Shown here: piece after piece, positions 46,519 through 56,389 of the stretch
How the letters are laid out: each line of letters starts with the position of its first letter
Position numbering within the stretch: position 1 is the stretch's first letter
Source: Anaerovorax odorimutans
GTDB lineage: Bacteria; Bacillota; Clostridia; Peptostreptococcales; JAAYPU01
Length of the DNA: 64,000 bases
Reading direction: 5' to 3'
Assembly (NCBI GenBank): GCA_016841185.1
Contig: JAENZQ010000013.1
Coordinates: 6,341-70,340 of the forward strand
Translations under genes and position numbers: made by a program
The notes under the pieces: generated by a model
Told to the model about the DNA's origin: nothing
Database searches by the model: none
Seen by the model: only the letters and a program-made list of their open reading frames with translations

Positions 46519-48312
46519 GTGAGTGACATTCTTAAAAGAACGCATATGTGTGGACAATTAAGAAGCGAAAACATTGGAAATACAGTTGTTTTGAATGGCT
46601 GGGTCCAGAGAAAGAGGAATCTTGGAGGTTTAATCTTTGTTGATTTAAGGGATAAAACCGGATTGGTACAAATCGTTTTTGATAAAGATATTTCTGCTGA
46701 AGCGTTATATCAATCCGACAGGATAAAAAGTGAATATGTTATCGGGATTCAAGGGATTGTAAAGGAAAGAGAATCAAAAAACAGTGAACTGCCCACAGGT
46801 GATATTGAAGTTTTCGTGGATAAATTAGTGATATACTCTGAGGCAGATACACCGCCAATTTACATTAAAGATCATGATGATGTTTCCGAAAACTTAAGAT
46901 TAAAATACAGATATTTGGATTTAAGAAAACCAACGATGCAGGAAAATTTGAAGTTCCGCTATAAAATAACACAAATTACAAGACGTTTTTTTGATGAGGA
47001 AGGTTTTACAGATGTTGAAACACCGATGCTCATTAAGCCAACTCCGGAGGGTGCCAGGGACTATCTTGTTCCCAGCAGAGTAAATCCGGGTAATTTTTAT
47101 GCTTTGCCTCAGTCGCCTCAAATGTATAAGCAATTGCTGATGTTATCCGGTATCGACAAGTATTATCAAATCACAAAATGTTTTCGTGATGAGGATTTGA
47201 GAGCAGACAGGCAGCCGGAATTTACTCAGATCGATCTGGAAATGTCATTTGTAGATGTAGATGATGTTATTGAAGTAAATGAAAGGTATTTAAAAAGGCT
47301 TTTTAAGGAAGTAAAAGGCATTGATATTGATCTGCCTCTAACACGATTGCCTTATTCGGAAGCAATGGAGAGGTATGGTAGTGATAAACCGGATATCAGG
47401 TTTGGTTTTGAATTAAGGTTTCTTAATGATATTCTGTCTGGTTGTAAGTTTAAGGTTTTCCGCAATGTAATCGAAGAAAAAGGCGATGTACGGGGTATTA
47501 ATGTCAAAGGTTACAGTGAACAAATCAGCAGAAAAACCATCGACAAGTATCAGGAATATGTAAAAACCTATGGTGCCAGCGGATTAGCCTGGATTCGAGT
47601 AAATAATTCAGAAATTCAATCCCCTATAGCAAAATTTTTCACTGAAGAAGAAATGTCGGCTATATTAAAGCGTTTTGATGCCGAACCGGGAGATTTGATA
47701 TTAATAATAGCAGACAAACCTTCTGTTGCATTGAATGCTCTGGGACATCTTAGAAATGAAGTGGCTGATCAATTGGGTATTGTTGATGAAAATGAATATA
47801 AGTTACTCTGGGTTACTGATTTTCCTCTTTTGGAATACGATGAAGAGGAAGAACGGTTTTCAGCCGTCCACCATGCCTTTACGGCACCAAGGGATGAAGA
47901 CATAAGCTTGATTCAAACCAAACCGGAGAGGGTCAGGGCCAAGGCATATGATATTGTTTTAAATGGTGTTGAAATAGGAGGAGGAAGTATCAGGATTCAT
48001 GACAACAGACTGCAGAAGAAAATGTTTGATGCCATCGGCCTTTCTGAGGAAGAGGCGGATAGAAAATTCGGGTTCTTTCTTGAAGCGTTTAAATTTGGAG
48101 CACCACCTCATGGAGGATTGGCTTACGGACTGGACAGGCTTGTTATGCTTTTGAACAAAAACGAAAACATACGTGAAGTCATTGCTTTTCCCAAGACTCA
48201 GAATGCCATGTGCCTTATGAGCGGTGCACCGGGAATAGCAGAAAAAAAACAGCTCCAAGAGCTGAAAATCAAATTTAAGGAAGAGAAGGAATCGTATAAA
48301 GAAAAGAAGTAA
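46519..48312 (+). CDS. aspS: Aspartate--tRNA ligase
   Basis: 597 aa with an OB-fold N-terminus (GWVQRKRNLGGLIFVDLRD), FRDEDLRADRQPEFTQID and GGGSIRIH. It carries a Lys/Glu-rich C-terminal tail. Confidence 0.95.
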   Translation: MSDILKRTHMCGQLRSENIGNTVVLNGWVQRKRNLGGLIFVDLRDKTGLVQIVFDKDISAEALYQSDRIKSEYVIGIQGIVKERESKNSELPTGDIEVFVDKLVIYSEADTPPIYIKDHDDVSENLRLKYRYLDLRKPTMQENLKFRYKITQITRRFFDEEGFTDVETPMLIKPTPEGARDYLVPSRVNPGNFYALPQSPQMYKQLLMLSGIDKYYQITKCFRDEDLRADRQPEFTQIDLEMSFVDVDDVIEVNERYLKRLFKEVKGIDIDLPLTRLPYSEAMERYGSDKPDIRFGFELRFLNDILSGCKFKVFRNVIEEKGDVRGINVKGYSEQISRKTIDKYQEYVKTYGASGLAWIRVNNSEIQSPIAKFFTEEEMSAILKRFDAEPGDLILIIADKPSVALNALGHLRNEVADQLGIVDENEYKLLWVTDFPLLEYDEEEERFSAVHHAFTAPRDEDISLIQTKPERVRAKAYDIVLNGVEIGGGSIRIHDNRLQKKMFDAIGLSEEEADRKFGFFLEAFKFGAPPHGGLAYGLDRLVMLLNKNENIREVIAFPKTQNAMCLMSGAPGIAEKKQLQELKIKFKEEKESYKEKK

Positions 48313-48490
48313 TAGAGGATAGGGACAAAAAGAGTTTTAAGATCATAGATAATAAATAAAAGATAATAGCTTAGGGAAGATTTTGCCGAAGCAAATCTCA
48401 ATAATTTATAATCTCTAAACGATAAACTATAAGATAAGAATTATTTGCTGAAGGCACTTTATTGAGCGAAGCGTTAAATTTTAAATCTTA
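48313..48490 (+). repeat. Modular intergenic repeat element (locus L11) between aspS and nadD
   Basis: AGATAAT/AAATAAA heptamer words, hairpin AGATTTTGC cgaa GCAAATCT (48378-48398), ATTGAGCGAAGCG (related to the hisS-leader repeat), and AAATTTTAAATCTTA. Confidence 0.4.
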
Positions 48491-48505
48491 TTGGTGGTGT
48501 GTGTT

Positions 48506-49114
48506 ATGGTCAAGCGGATAGGTGTAATGGGAGGGACATTTGATCCAATTCATCATGGACATTTGGTCCTTTCGGAACAAGTAAGAACTGAATATAATCT
48601 GGACAAAATTATTTTTGTTCCTGCGGGTATTCCTCCGCACAAAACGGAGCTTTCAATCAGTAAAAATATTCATCGATATTTTATGACCGTGCTGGCTACA
48701 ATCAATAATGAGAATTTTATGGTTTCCGACATAGAAATAGGCTCGGACAAAGTTTCTTATACTCTGAATACATTACATAACTTAAAAAGATTGTACGGGA
48801 AAGAGATTCAGATTTTCTTTAATACAGGAGCAGATGCTATACTGGATATTGAATCATGAAAGGATCCTGATGAGCTTCTGAGAACTTTCAGCTTTATTGC
48901 GGGAACCAGGCCGGGCCATAAAAACAAGGATCTTGAACAGAAAATTATGATTTTAAGGCAAAAGTATAAATCGGAGATGCATTTACTGGAAGTGCCTGCG
49001 TTAGCCATATCCTCTACCGATATACGCAGCAGGGTCAGGGCCGGCCGGTCTATTAAATATTTAGTTCCGGATGCTGTGGAACAGTATATTTTTAAAAACA
49101 AGCTGTATAAATGA
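48506..49114 (+). pseudogene. nadD: Nicotinate-nucleotide adenylyltransferase NadD interrupted by one in-frame TGA at a conserved Trp position
   Basis: N-terminal part has GVMGGTFDPIHHGH (H/TxGH motif). TGA at 48857-48859 sits where NadD homologues have W (..LDIES[W]KDP..). The same frame then stays open for 84 codons to TGA 49112-49114 and contains the conserved ISSTDIRSRV motif. Confidence 0.7.
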
Positions 49115-49124
49115 GGTGTTCTGG

Positions 49125-49739
49125 TTGAATGAAGCATCATTGATTGATAAAATAGGTAGGATATTAAAGGATGAACGCTTTAAACATACACTTTCTGTAT
49201 ATAAGGAAGCTCTGCGGCTTGCAAAACATTATCACTGTGATACAAAAAAGGCCTCTATTGCTGCAATTCTGCATGATATATGCAGAGATTATTCTGTAGA
49301 AGAGTTGAATTCATACGTAAAAATGTATAATCTGGATAATATATATATAAATAACAAAGCGCTGTCCCATGCTAAAGTGGCTTCACTGATTGTTCAGGAG
49401 GAATTCAATATTACGGATACAGAGATTATAAATGCCATTTCCTTTCATACTACCGGAAAAGAGAATATGTCTTTGCTGGAAAAAATCATTTACTTATCGG
49501 ATATTATTGAAGAGAGAAGAACCTTTGAAGGGATTGAAGCATTACGGAAACTGGCCTATAAGGATTTAGATTCAGCGTGCCTTTTGGCATTGGATAATGC
49601 GATTAAGTATGTAATAGAAAAAAAAGAATATCTTCATATAGATACTCTGTTAGCGAGAAATTATCTTTTAATAAACAAAAAAGGAGGTAAAGATGAGCAT
49701 AAGAACAAATGCTATCAAGGCTGCAAAGCGAATCGATGA
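49125..49739 (+). CDS. yqeK: HD-domain bis(5'-nucleosyl)-tetraphosphatase YqeK
   Basis: A GAGGTG RBS lies 6 nt before TTG 49125. RFKHTLSVYKEAL...AAILHDICRD is the HD motif. The nadD-yqeK-rsfS order is conserved. Confidence 0.8.
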   Translation: MNEASLIDKIGRILKDERFKHTLSVYKEALRLAKHYHCDTKKASIAAILHDICRDYSVEELNSYVKMYNLDNIYINNKALSHAKVASLIVQEEFNITDTEIINAISFHTTGKENMSLLEKIIYLSDIIEERRTFEGIEALRKLAYKDLDSACLLALDNAIKYVIEKKEYLHIDTLLARNYLLINKKGGKDEHKNKCYQGCKANR

Positions 49740-50046
49740 AAAAAAGGGAAAAGATATTGTGATTTTGGACGTTTCAAAAATCTCAAGCTTTGCGGATTAT
49801 TTTGTTATTTCTCATGGTACTTCGGACAGGCAGCTTAAAACATTGGCTCAAGAGGTAGAAAAGGGAATGGACGAAGAAGGTATTCCATTATACCATAAAG
49901 AGGGAACGGAGAAATCCGGTTGGATACTGCTTGATTACGGAGATATTATCGTACATTTATTTTTATCAGAGCAAAGGCAGCATTATAATATTGAGAAATT
50001 ATGGAATGACGGCGAATATATTTCTTTTGAGGGTTCAGAGACATAG
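49693..50046 (+). CDS. rsfS: Ribosome silencing factor RsfS
   Basis: 117 aa with DIVILDVSKISSFADYFVISHGTSDRQ and an AAAGGAGG RBS. Confidence 0.9.
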   Translation: MSIRTNAIKAAKRIDEKKGKDIVILDVSKISSFADYFVISHGTSDRQLKTLAQEVEKGMDEEGIPLYHKEGTEKSGWILLDYGDIIVHLFLSEQRQHYNIEKLWNDGEYISFEGSET

Positions 50047-50092
50047 AATAGTTTAAGTGACATATTTACTACAAATCTGGAGGGTATGAATT

Positions 50093-52540
50093 ATGGCAAT
50101 TTATGATTATAGATCTATTGAGAATAAATGGCAGAAAAAATGGGAAGAAACACAGATTTACAAATTTAAGGAAGAAGACACGGAAAACAAGCTTTATTGC
50201 CTTGAGATGTTTTCTTACCCGTCAGGTGCAAATCTTCATGTAGGGCATTGGTATAATTACGGGTTAACGGATTCATGGGCCCGTATGAAGAAGATGCAGG
50301 GCTATAATGTATTCCATCCTCAGGGGTTTGATGCATTTGGACTTCCCGCTGAAAATTATGCCATAAAGACCGGGATTCATCCAATGGATTCGACATATAA
50401 AAATATTGAAACCATGGAAAAACAATTGAAAAGCATGGGGGCAACATTTAACTGGGAGTATGAGGTTGTCACCTGTAACCCGGATTATTACAAATGGACA
50501 CAGTGGATTTTTATAAAGCTTTTTGAAAATGGGCTTGCATACCGTAAAAATGCACCTGTTAACTGGTGTTCAAGTTGTAAAACTGTTTTAGCAAACGAAC
50601 AGGTTATTGACGGAAGCTGTGAACGTTGTAAGAACCCTGTGACCAAAAGAGACCTGACACAATGGTTTTTTAGAATCACTGAATATGCTCAGGAATTGCT
50701 GGATTTCTTACCTGAAATCGACTGGCCGGAAAAAACAAAAAAGATTCAGAATAACTGGATCGGACGTTCGGAAGGGGCGGAGATTGAGTTCAGTATAGAT
50801 GAAAGTCATCTATCTTTTAAAGTCTTTACTACAAGGCCGGATACACTTTATGGCGTTACATATATGGTGCTGGCGCCCGAAAATGAATTGGTGGATAAGA
50901 TTACCTCTGAAGCATATAAAGAAGAAGTAGAAGCTTATAAAGAGATGGCAAAGAAACAGTCTGAGATTGAAAGGATGTCAACGGTACGGGAAAAGACAGG
51001 GGTTTTTACAGGTGCTTATGCCATTAATCCTGTAAACGGAGAAAAGGTGCCTGTCTGGATTGCTGACTATGTTCTGGCCGGTTATGGGACCGGTTGTGTA
51101 ATGGCAGTTCCCGGGCATGATGAAAGAGATTATGAATTTGCTTCAAAATATAATCTGCCTATCAAAAGGGTTATTAAAGGAGAGGCCTTACAGGATGATG
51201 CACTTCCTTTTACTGAGTACGGCGTACTGGTGGAGAGCATGGAATTCTCCGGAAAGACTTCTGCTGAAGCAATAAGACTTATTGTAGAAAAGTTAAATCA
51301 GCAGAAAAAAGGGGAACTGAAGGTCAATTACAGGTTGAGAGACTGGCTGGTTTCGAGACAGAGATATTGGGGTGCTCCTATTCCAATTATTCATTGTGAA
51401 AAATGCGGTGTGGTTCCTGTACCTGAAAAAGATTTGCCTGTTGAATTACCATATGATGTAGAATTTACCCCGGATGGTGAATCACCACTGGCTAAAAATG
51501 AAGCCTTTCTTTATACTGTCTGTCCTAAGTGCGGAGGAAGGGCTAAAAGAGACCCTGACACTTTGGATACTTTTGTATGCTCTTCATGGTATTTTTTAAG
51601 GTATCCGGATAATAAAAATGAAAAAGAAGCCTTTAACAGAGAATGGATCAATAAAATGCTTCCTGTAGATAAGTATGTAGGAGGGGCAGAACATGCTGCC
51701 ATGCATCTCCTTTATGCCCGCTTTTTCACAAAAGCATTAAGAGATATGGGATACCTTGATTTTGATGAACCTTTCTTGTCACTGGTTCATCAGGGAACCA
51801 TATTAGGGCCTGACGGGAACAGGATGAGTAAATCAAAAGGCAATACCATCTCACCGGACGATTATATCAATGAATATGGCTCAGATATTTTCAGACTTTA
51901 TCTTGCATTTGGTTTTGCCTATACGGAAGGCGGTCCCTGGAATGACGACGGCATTAAAGCCATTGCCAAATTTGTAAACAGGGTAGAAAGAATTGTAGAA
52001 AAGTATATAAGTGAAAAAGAAAAAAAAGGAAAGAATAAGATTGAAAGTGAAGAAAAGGAATTGAATTTTGTTCGTCATACGGCAATAAAGGGCGTTACTG
52101 AGGATGCTGATAAATTTCAGTTTAATACGTCTATAGCAAGACAAATGGAATTGGTCAATGCTTTAAATAAATATGATGCTGTTGAAGAAAAAAATTATAG
52201 GATACTTGAAGATACGATAAAGGACCTATTGCTGTTGATGGCGCCATTTGCACCTCATTTTACTGAAGAGATGTGGGAGCAAATGGGATATGAATATTCT
52301 ATATTTAATCAGAAATGGCCTGAATTTGATAAAAATGTGCTGGTCAAAGACAGCATTGAAATGGTGATTCAGGTCAATGGTAAAGTAAGAGATAAAATAA
52401 ATGCCCCTGCAGACCTGTCACAGAATGATGCAGAAAAAATGGCATTGGAAAATGAGCGTATTATTAAACTTATACAAGGAAAAAAACTTGTAAAGGTAAT
52501 CGTTGTTCCCAATAAACTCATTAACATTGTTGTAAAATAA
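50093..52540 (+). CDS. leuS: Leucine--tRNA ligase
   Basis: 815 aa with the HIGH-type motif ([14 protein letters not shown]) and the KMSKS motif (RMSKSKGN). Confidence 0.95.
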   Translation: MAIYDYRSIENKWQKKWEETQIYKFKEEDTENKLYCLEMFSYPSGANLHVGHWYNYGLTDSWARMKKMQGYNVFHPQGFDAFGLPAENYAIKTGIHPMDSTYKNIETMEKQLKSMGATFNWEYEVVTCNPDYYKWTQWIFIKLFENGLAYRKNAPVNWCSSCKTVLANEQVIDGSCERCKNPVTKRDLTQWFFRITEYAQELLDFLPEIDWPEKTKKIQNNWIGRSEGAEIEFSIDESHLSFKVFTTRPDTLYGVTYMVLAPENELVDKITSEAYKEEVEAYKEMAKKQSEIERMSTVREKTGVFTGAYAINPVNGEKVPVWIADYVLAGYGTGCVMAVPGHDERDYEFASKYNLPIKRVIKGEALQDDALPFTEYGVLVESMEFSGKTSAEAIRLIVEKLNQQKKGELKVNYRLRDWLVSRQRYWGAPIPIIHCEKCGVVPVPEKDLPVELPYDVEFTPDGESPLAKNEAFLYTVCPKCGGRAKRDPDTLDTFVCSSWYFLRYPDNKNEKEAFNREWINKMLPVDKYVGGAEHAAMHLLYARFFTKALRDMGYLDFDEPFLSLVHQGTILGPDGNRMSKSKGNTISPDDYINEYGSDIFRLYLAFGFAYTEGGPWNDDGIKAIAKFVNRVERIVEKYISEKEKKGKNKIESEEKELNFVRHTAIKGVTEDADKFQFNTSIARQMELVNALNKYDAVEEKNYRILEDTIKDLLLLMAPFAPHFTEEMWEQMGYEYSIFNQKWPEFDKNVLVKDSIEMVIQVNGKVRDKINAPADLSQNDAEKMALENERIIKLIQGKKLVKVIVVPNKLINIVVK

Positions 52541-52578
52541 TGAATAACAATTGAATATTAGATGAAGGAGGAGTTTTT

Positions 52579-54252
52579 TTGCCAAAAAAAGAGGAAAGTT
52601 TTTTGAAAGTAATTCCTTTAGGAGGATTGAATGAAATTGGTAAAAACATTACTGTACTGGAATATCAGGATGATATTATTATTATAGATTGCGGCATGTC
52701 ATTTCCGGATGATGAGATGTTTGGAATAGATATTGTCATACCGGATTTTACATATTTACTTCGAAACAGAGAACGGATAAAAGGGATGGTATTGACCCAT
52801 GGACATGAAGACCATATTGGCGCAATTCCCTATTTACTTAAGGAAATAGATATTCCTATATACGGGACGAAATTAACTCTGGGGCTTGTGGAGAGCAAGC
52901 TGAAAGAGCATTCTTTAAACGATCTTGCAAGACTAAATGTAGTAAAGCCCGGAGATCGAATAAAATTAGGTGTTTTCTCAATAGAATTCATTCGGACAAA
53001 TCATTCTATAGCAGATGCCGTAGCATTAGCAATCAATACGCCAGTAGGGACAGTGCTTCATACCGGTGATTTCAAAGTAGATTATACACCGGTGGATGCA
53101 GAACCAATTGATTTTCAAAAATTGGCAGAGGTAGGACGAAAAGGTGTATTGCTGATGCTGGCGGACAGCACAAATGCAGAGAGGAAAGGATATACGCTTT
53201 CGGAGAAGACCGTTGGGATTACACTGGAAAATATATTCAGAAATGTAGAAAACAGAATTATCATCGCAACTTTTGCTTCTAATGTTCACAGGGTTCAAAG
53301 GATCATAGATGCGGCAGAAAAATGCGGCAGGAAAGTGGCCATATCGGGAAGAAGTATGGTAAATGTTGTTAATGTTGCTACTGAACTGGGGTACCTTAAG
53401 ATACCTGAAAAGATACTGGTAGATATCAATAAATTAAAATCTCTGGATGAAAATAAAATTGTTGTTATTACCACAGGAAGTCAGGGAGAACCCATGTCGG
53501 CCCTGTCCAGAATGGCTGCATCGGAGCATAAAGCCATACAGATAAAAAAAGGGGATACCATTATTTTATCATCCAGTCCAATTCCGGGGAATGAAAAAAC
53601 CATTTCAAACGTTGTTAATAAACTGTTTGAAAAGGGTGCGGAAGTTATTTATTCGGATCTGGCAGATATCCATGTATCAGGCCATGCATGTGAAGAAGAA
53701 ATTAAACTCATGCATTCTTTAGTGAAACCTAAATTTTTTATTCCTGTCCATGGTGAGTATAAACACCTGAGGCAACATGGCATTATTGCAGAAAACCTGG
53801 GGATGCCAAAAGATAATATCTTTATTCTTGAGTCAGGTCAGGTTCTGGAATTGACTCCGAGTAAAGCAAAAGTAGCGGCTAAATCTGTTCCGGCAGGAAA
53901 AACGCTGGTTGATGGTCTTGGAGTCGGCGATGTTGGGAATATCGTTTTGAGAGACCGTAGACTTCTGTCAGAGAGCGGTTTAATGATTATTGTCGTGGCC
54001 CTGACTAAAGAGACCGGACAGATATGTTCCGGTCCGGATCTGATTTCCAGAGGTTTTGTATATGTCAGAGAATCTGAGGATTTAATGGAATCTGCAAAGC
54101 AAGTTGTTAAAGAAACCTTGGAAAAATGTCAATCTGACGGTATAAGAGAATGGGCAGCACTTAAGAATGCCGTTAAAGACGATTTGAAGGAATTTATTTA
54201 TGCAAGAACAAAAAGAAATCCTGTTATTCTGCCCATTATTATGGAAGTGTAA
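52579..54252 (+). CDS. rnj: Ribonuclease J
   Basis: 557 aa with a TTG start 5 nt after AAGGAGGAG. It has the beta-lactamase/beta-CASP motif LTHGHEDHIGA. Confidence 0.9.
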   Translation: MPKKEESFLKVIPLGGLNEIGKNITVLEYQDDIIIIDCGMSFPDDEMFGIDIVIPDFTYLLRNRERIKGMVLTHGHEDHIGAIPYLLKEIDIPIYGTKLTLGLVESKLKEHSLNDLARLNVVKPGDRIKLGVFSIEFIRTNHSIADAVALAINTPVGTVLHTGDFKVDYTPVDAEPIDFQKLAEVGRKGVLLMLADSTNAERKGYTLSEKTVGITLENIFRNVENRIIIATFASNVHRVQRIIDAAEKCGRKVAISGRSMVNVVNVATELGYLKIPEKILVDINKLKSLDENKIVVITTGSQGEPMSALSRMAASEHKAIQIKKGDTIILSSSPIPGNEKTISNVVNKLFEKGAEVIYSDLADIHVSGHACEEEIKLMHSLVKPKFFIPVHGEYKHLRQHGIIAENLGMPKDNIFILESGQVLELTPSKAKVAAKSVPAGKTLVDGLGVGDVGNIVLRDRRLLSESGLMIIVVALTKETGQICSGPDLISRGFVYVRESEDLMESAKQVVKETLEKCQSDGIREWAALKNAVKDDLKEFIYARTKRNPVILPIIMEV

Positions 54253-54267
54253 ATTAGGAGGTACATC

Positions 54268-54597
54268 ATGAATGTATACGATTGCGCACATCAATTGGCA
54301 AAGGCACTGAGGGATTCTCAGGAATATAAAAATTTCAACCGTTTAAAGGAGGAAGTATCAGGAAACAAAGAGCTGCAGGAAATGCTTAATGATTTTCAGC
54401 AAAAACAGCTTGAGATACAGACCCAACAGCTTTTTGGAAATGAAGTTGAAGAAGACGGGATGGAAGAGATACAAAAACTTTATCAGATTATTTCCAAAGA
54501 TCCCAAGGCGGCCGAATACTTACAGGCTCAAATGGTTTTATCGAAGATGATGGCAGATATATACGGCATTTTAGGAGAAGTGATTAAAGTTGTGTAG
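54268..54597 (+). CDS. YlbF/YmcA-family regulatory protein
   Basis: 109 aa, helical. The pattern A..LA.AL..S.EY..F...K resembles the YlbF family. Confidence 0.65.
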   Translation: MNVYDCAHQLAKALRDSQEYKNFNRLKEEVSGNKELQEMLNDFQQKQLEIQTQQLFGNEVEEDGMEEIQKLYQIISKDPKAAEYLQAQMVLSKMMADIYGILGEVIKVV

Positions 54598-55669
54598 CCC
54601 TGATTTTGAAAAAAGAATCTCAGAAATCAGACGGAGGATGGAAAAGCAGAATTTAGATATCCTATTCGTTACAAAACCTGAAGATAAATACTATCTGTCG
54701 GGCTTTGAATCGTCTAATTTTTATATCGTTTTAACAGACAAAAGCAGCTATATGCTTACAGATTTCAGATACTTTGAGGCTGCTCGGAAAAAAAACTGTC
54801 AAGGATTTGAGATTATAAAAGTAGATTCTAAGCATTCTATATTTGATTTTTTGTCAAAATACGATAAAATGAGTATTGGTATAGAAGAAAAGCATTTGAC
54901 AGCAGATGAATTTAAGATACTGGAGCAGATCTTTACTTCTGAGAAAATATTTTTTTCTCAGAATATTTTTGAAGAGCAAAGATTGATAAAGGATTCCTCA
55001 GAAATACGCAGTATCAGAAAAGCTGCGGAAATTGCGGATTATGCATTTTCAAATATCTTAAAGCATATTGGACCGGGTATGTCTGAAAGAGAAATAGCAA
55101 TTAAAATGGAATCATTTATGAAAAAGGAAGGTGCAAGCCGATTATCTTTTGATATTATAGCAGCTTCCGGAGAAAGGTCTGCTTTGCCCCATGGTCTCGC
55201 TTCAGAAAGGATCATTCAAAAGGGAGATTTTTTAACTTTGGATTTCGGATGTATGGTAGACCACTACTGCTCCGACATGACAAGAACAGTTGCTATTGGA
55301 AAGGCATCCGATGAAAAAAAAAGCGTATATAATACTGTGAAAGATGCTCAACAGGCAGCCTTGGACAAAGTGAAGCCGGGAATATCAACATCTGAGGCAG
55401 ATAAAATTGCACGAAGCATAATCGACCGAGCCGGATATGGGGAGTGCTTTGGTCACGGCTTGGGACATGGCGTCGGACTGGAGGTCCATGAAGCACCGCG
55501 TCTGAGCCCCTCTTGTCATTCTTATCTTCGTGAAGGAATGGTGGTAACGGTGGAGCCGGGAATATATATAGCCGATTCTTTCGGTGTTCGTATAGAAGAT
55601 TTAGTTGTAATAACACAAAATGGTATTGATAATTTGACCACATCAAATAAAGAATTAATAATAATTTAG
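54590..55669 (+). CDS. Xaa-Pro aminopeptidase/dipeptidase (M24B family)
   Basis: 359 aa. Metal ligands are in FDIIAASGERSALPHG, DFGCMVDHYCSDMTRT, HGLGHGVGLEVHE and EPGIY. The gene lies upstream of efp, as is common. Confidence 0.85.
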   Translation: MCSPDFEKRISEIRRRMEKQNLDILFVTKPEDKYYLSGFESSNFYIVLTDKSSYMLTDFRYFEAARKKNCQGFEIIKVDSKHSIFDFLSKYDKMSIGIEEKHLTADEFKILEQIFTSEKIFFSQNIFEEQRLIKDSSEIRSIRKAAEIADYAFSNILKHIGPGMSEREIAIKMESFMKKEGASRLSFDIIAASGERSALPHGLASERIIQKGDFLTLDFGCMVDHYCSDMTRTVAIGKASDEKKSVYNTVKDAQQAALDKVKPGISTSEADKIARSIIDRAGYGECFGHGLGHGVGLEVHEAPRLSPSCHSYLREGMVVTVEPGIYIADSFGVRIEDLVVITQNGIDNLTTSNKELIII

Positions 55670-55701
55670 CCAATAATGTATCAGGATAGGAGGGTATTAT
55701 T

Positions 55702-56259
55702 ATGATTTATGCCGGCGATTTTAGAAAAGGAGTGACTTTTGAAATTAACGGAGAGCCTCACGTTGTTTTGGATTTTCAACATGTCAAACCGGGAAAAGGT
55801 GCAGCCTTTGTAAGAACAAAGTATAAAAATATTTTAACTGGAGCTACAAGGGAAGAAGCTTTCAATCCTAATGACAAGTTCCCGAAAGCACATATTGAGA
55901 CAAAACAGATGCAATATTTGTATAATGACGGAGAATTGTATTATTTTATGGATCAGGAGACTTTTGAGCAAATTCCGTTGACATTAGATCAGGTGGAGGA
56001 AGCAATGCAGTATCTAAGAGAAAATGATATTGCCACCATCAAGTTTTATAAAGGCAATGCTTTTCTTGTAGAAGCACCGAATTTTGTTGAATTAAAGGTT
56101 GTGGAGACAGAGCCCGGTGTTAAAGGAGATACAGCAACAAATGTGACAAAAGCAGCAACTGTGGAAACAGGCGCGGTTATTCAGGTTCCGATTTTCATTG
56201 AAGAAGGAGAAGTTATTAAGATAGATACCAGGACCGGCGTCTATTTGTCAAGAGCCTAA
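55702..56259 (+). CDS. efp: Elongation factor P
   Basis: 185 aa with [19 protein letters not shown]. Confidence 0.95.
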   Translation: MIYAGDFRKGVTFEINGEPHVVLDFQHVKPGKGAAFVRTKYKNILTGATREEAFNPNDKFPKAHIETKQMQYLYNDGELYYFMDQETFEQIPLTLDQVEEAMQYLRENDIATIKFYKGNAFLVEAPNFVELKVVETEPGVKGDTATNVTKAATVETGAVIQVPIFIEEGEVIKIDTRTGVYLSRA

Positions 56260-56389
56260 GCGTGAGTGTGAGTGTAAGTGTAGAAAGTAGAAATTATGTA
56301 TTTTATCATAATTTCTGTCCATAATTGGTCATTGCCCATTGTCAATTGTTAAATAAACAGAGTTTTAAATTAGTGGGGGACACTGAAAT
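56260..56389 (+). repeat. Modular intergenic repeat element (locus L12) between efp and mltG
   Basis: Left array GTGAGT GTGAGT GTAAGT GTAGAAA GTAGAAA. Perfect 10-bp hairpin AGAAATTATG / CATAATTTCT (56289-56316). Right CATTG/CAATTG words. Confidence 0.4.

Noticed and set aside
48857-48859. Genome-wide TGA-to-Trp (code 4-like) reassignment as the explanation for the nadD TGA.
   Set aside because: TGA terminates several well-delimited genes in this window at positions matching expected protein ends and overlapping the next start codons (for example ATGAGTGA at 2322-2329 and ATGA at 3843-3846).
50047-50092. T-box or other leader upstream of leuS.
   Set aside because: Only 46 nt separate rsfS from leuS, and no hairpin or terminator is visible. 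leuS is most likely co-transcribed with nadD-yqeK-rsfS.
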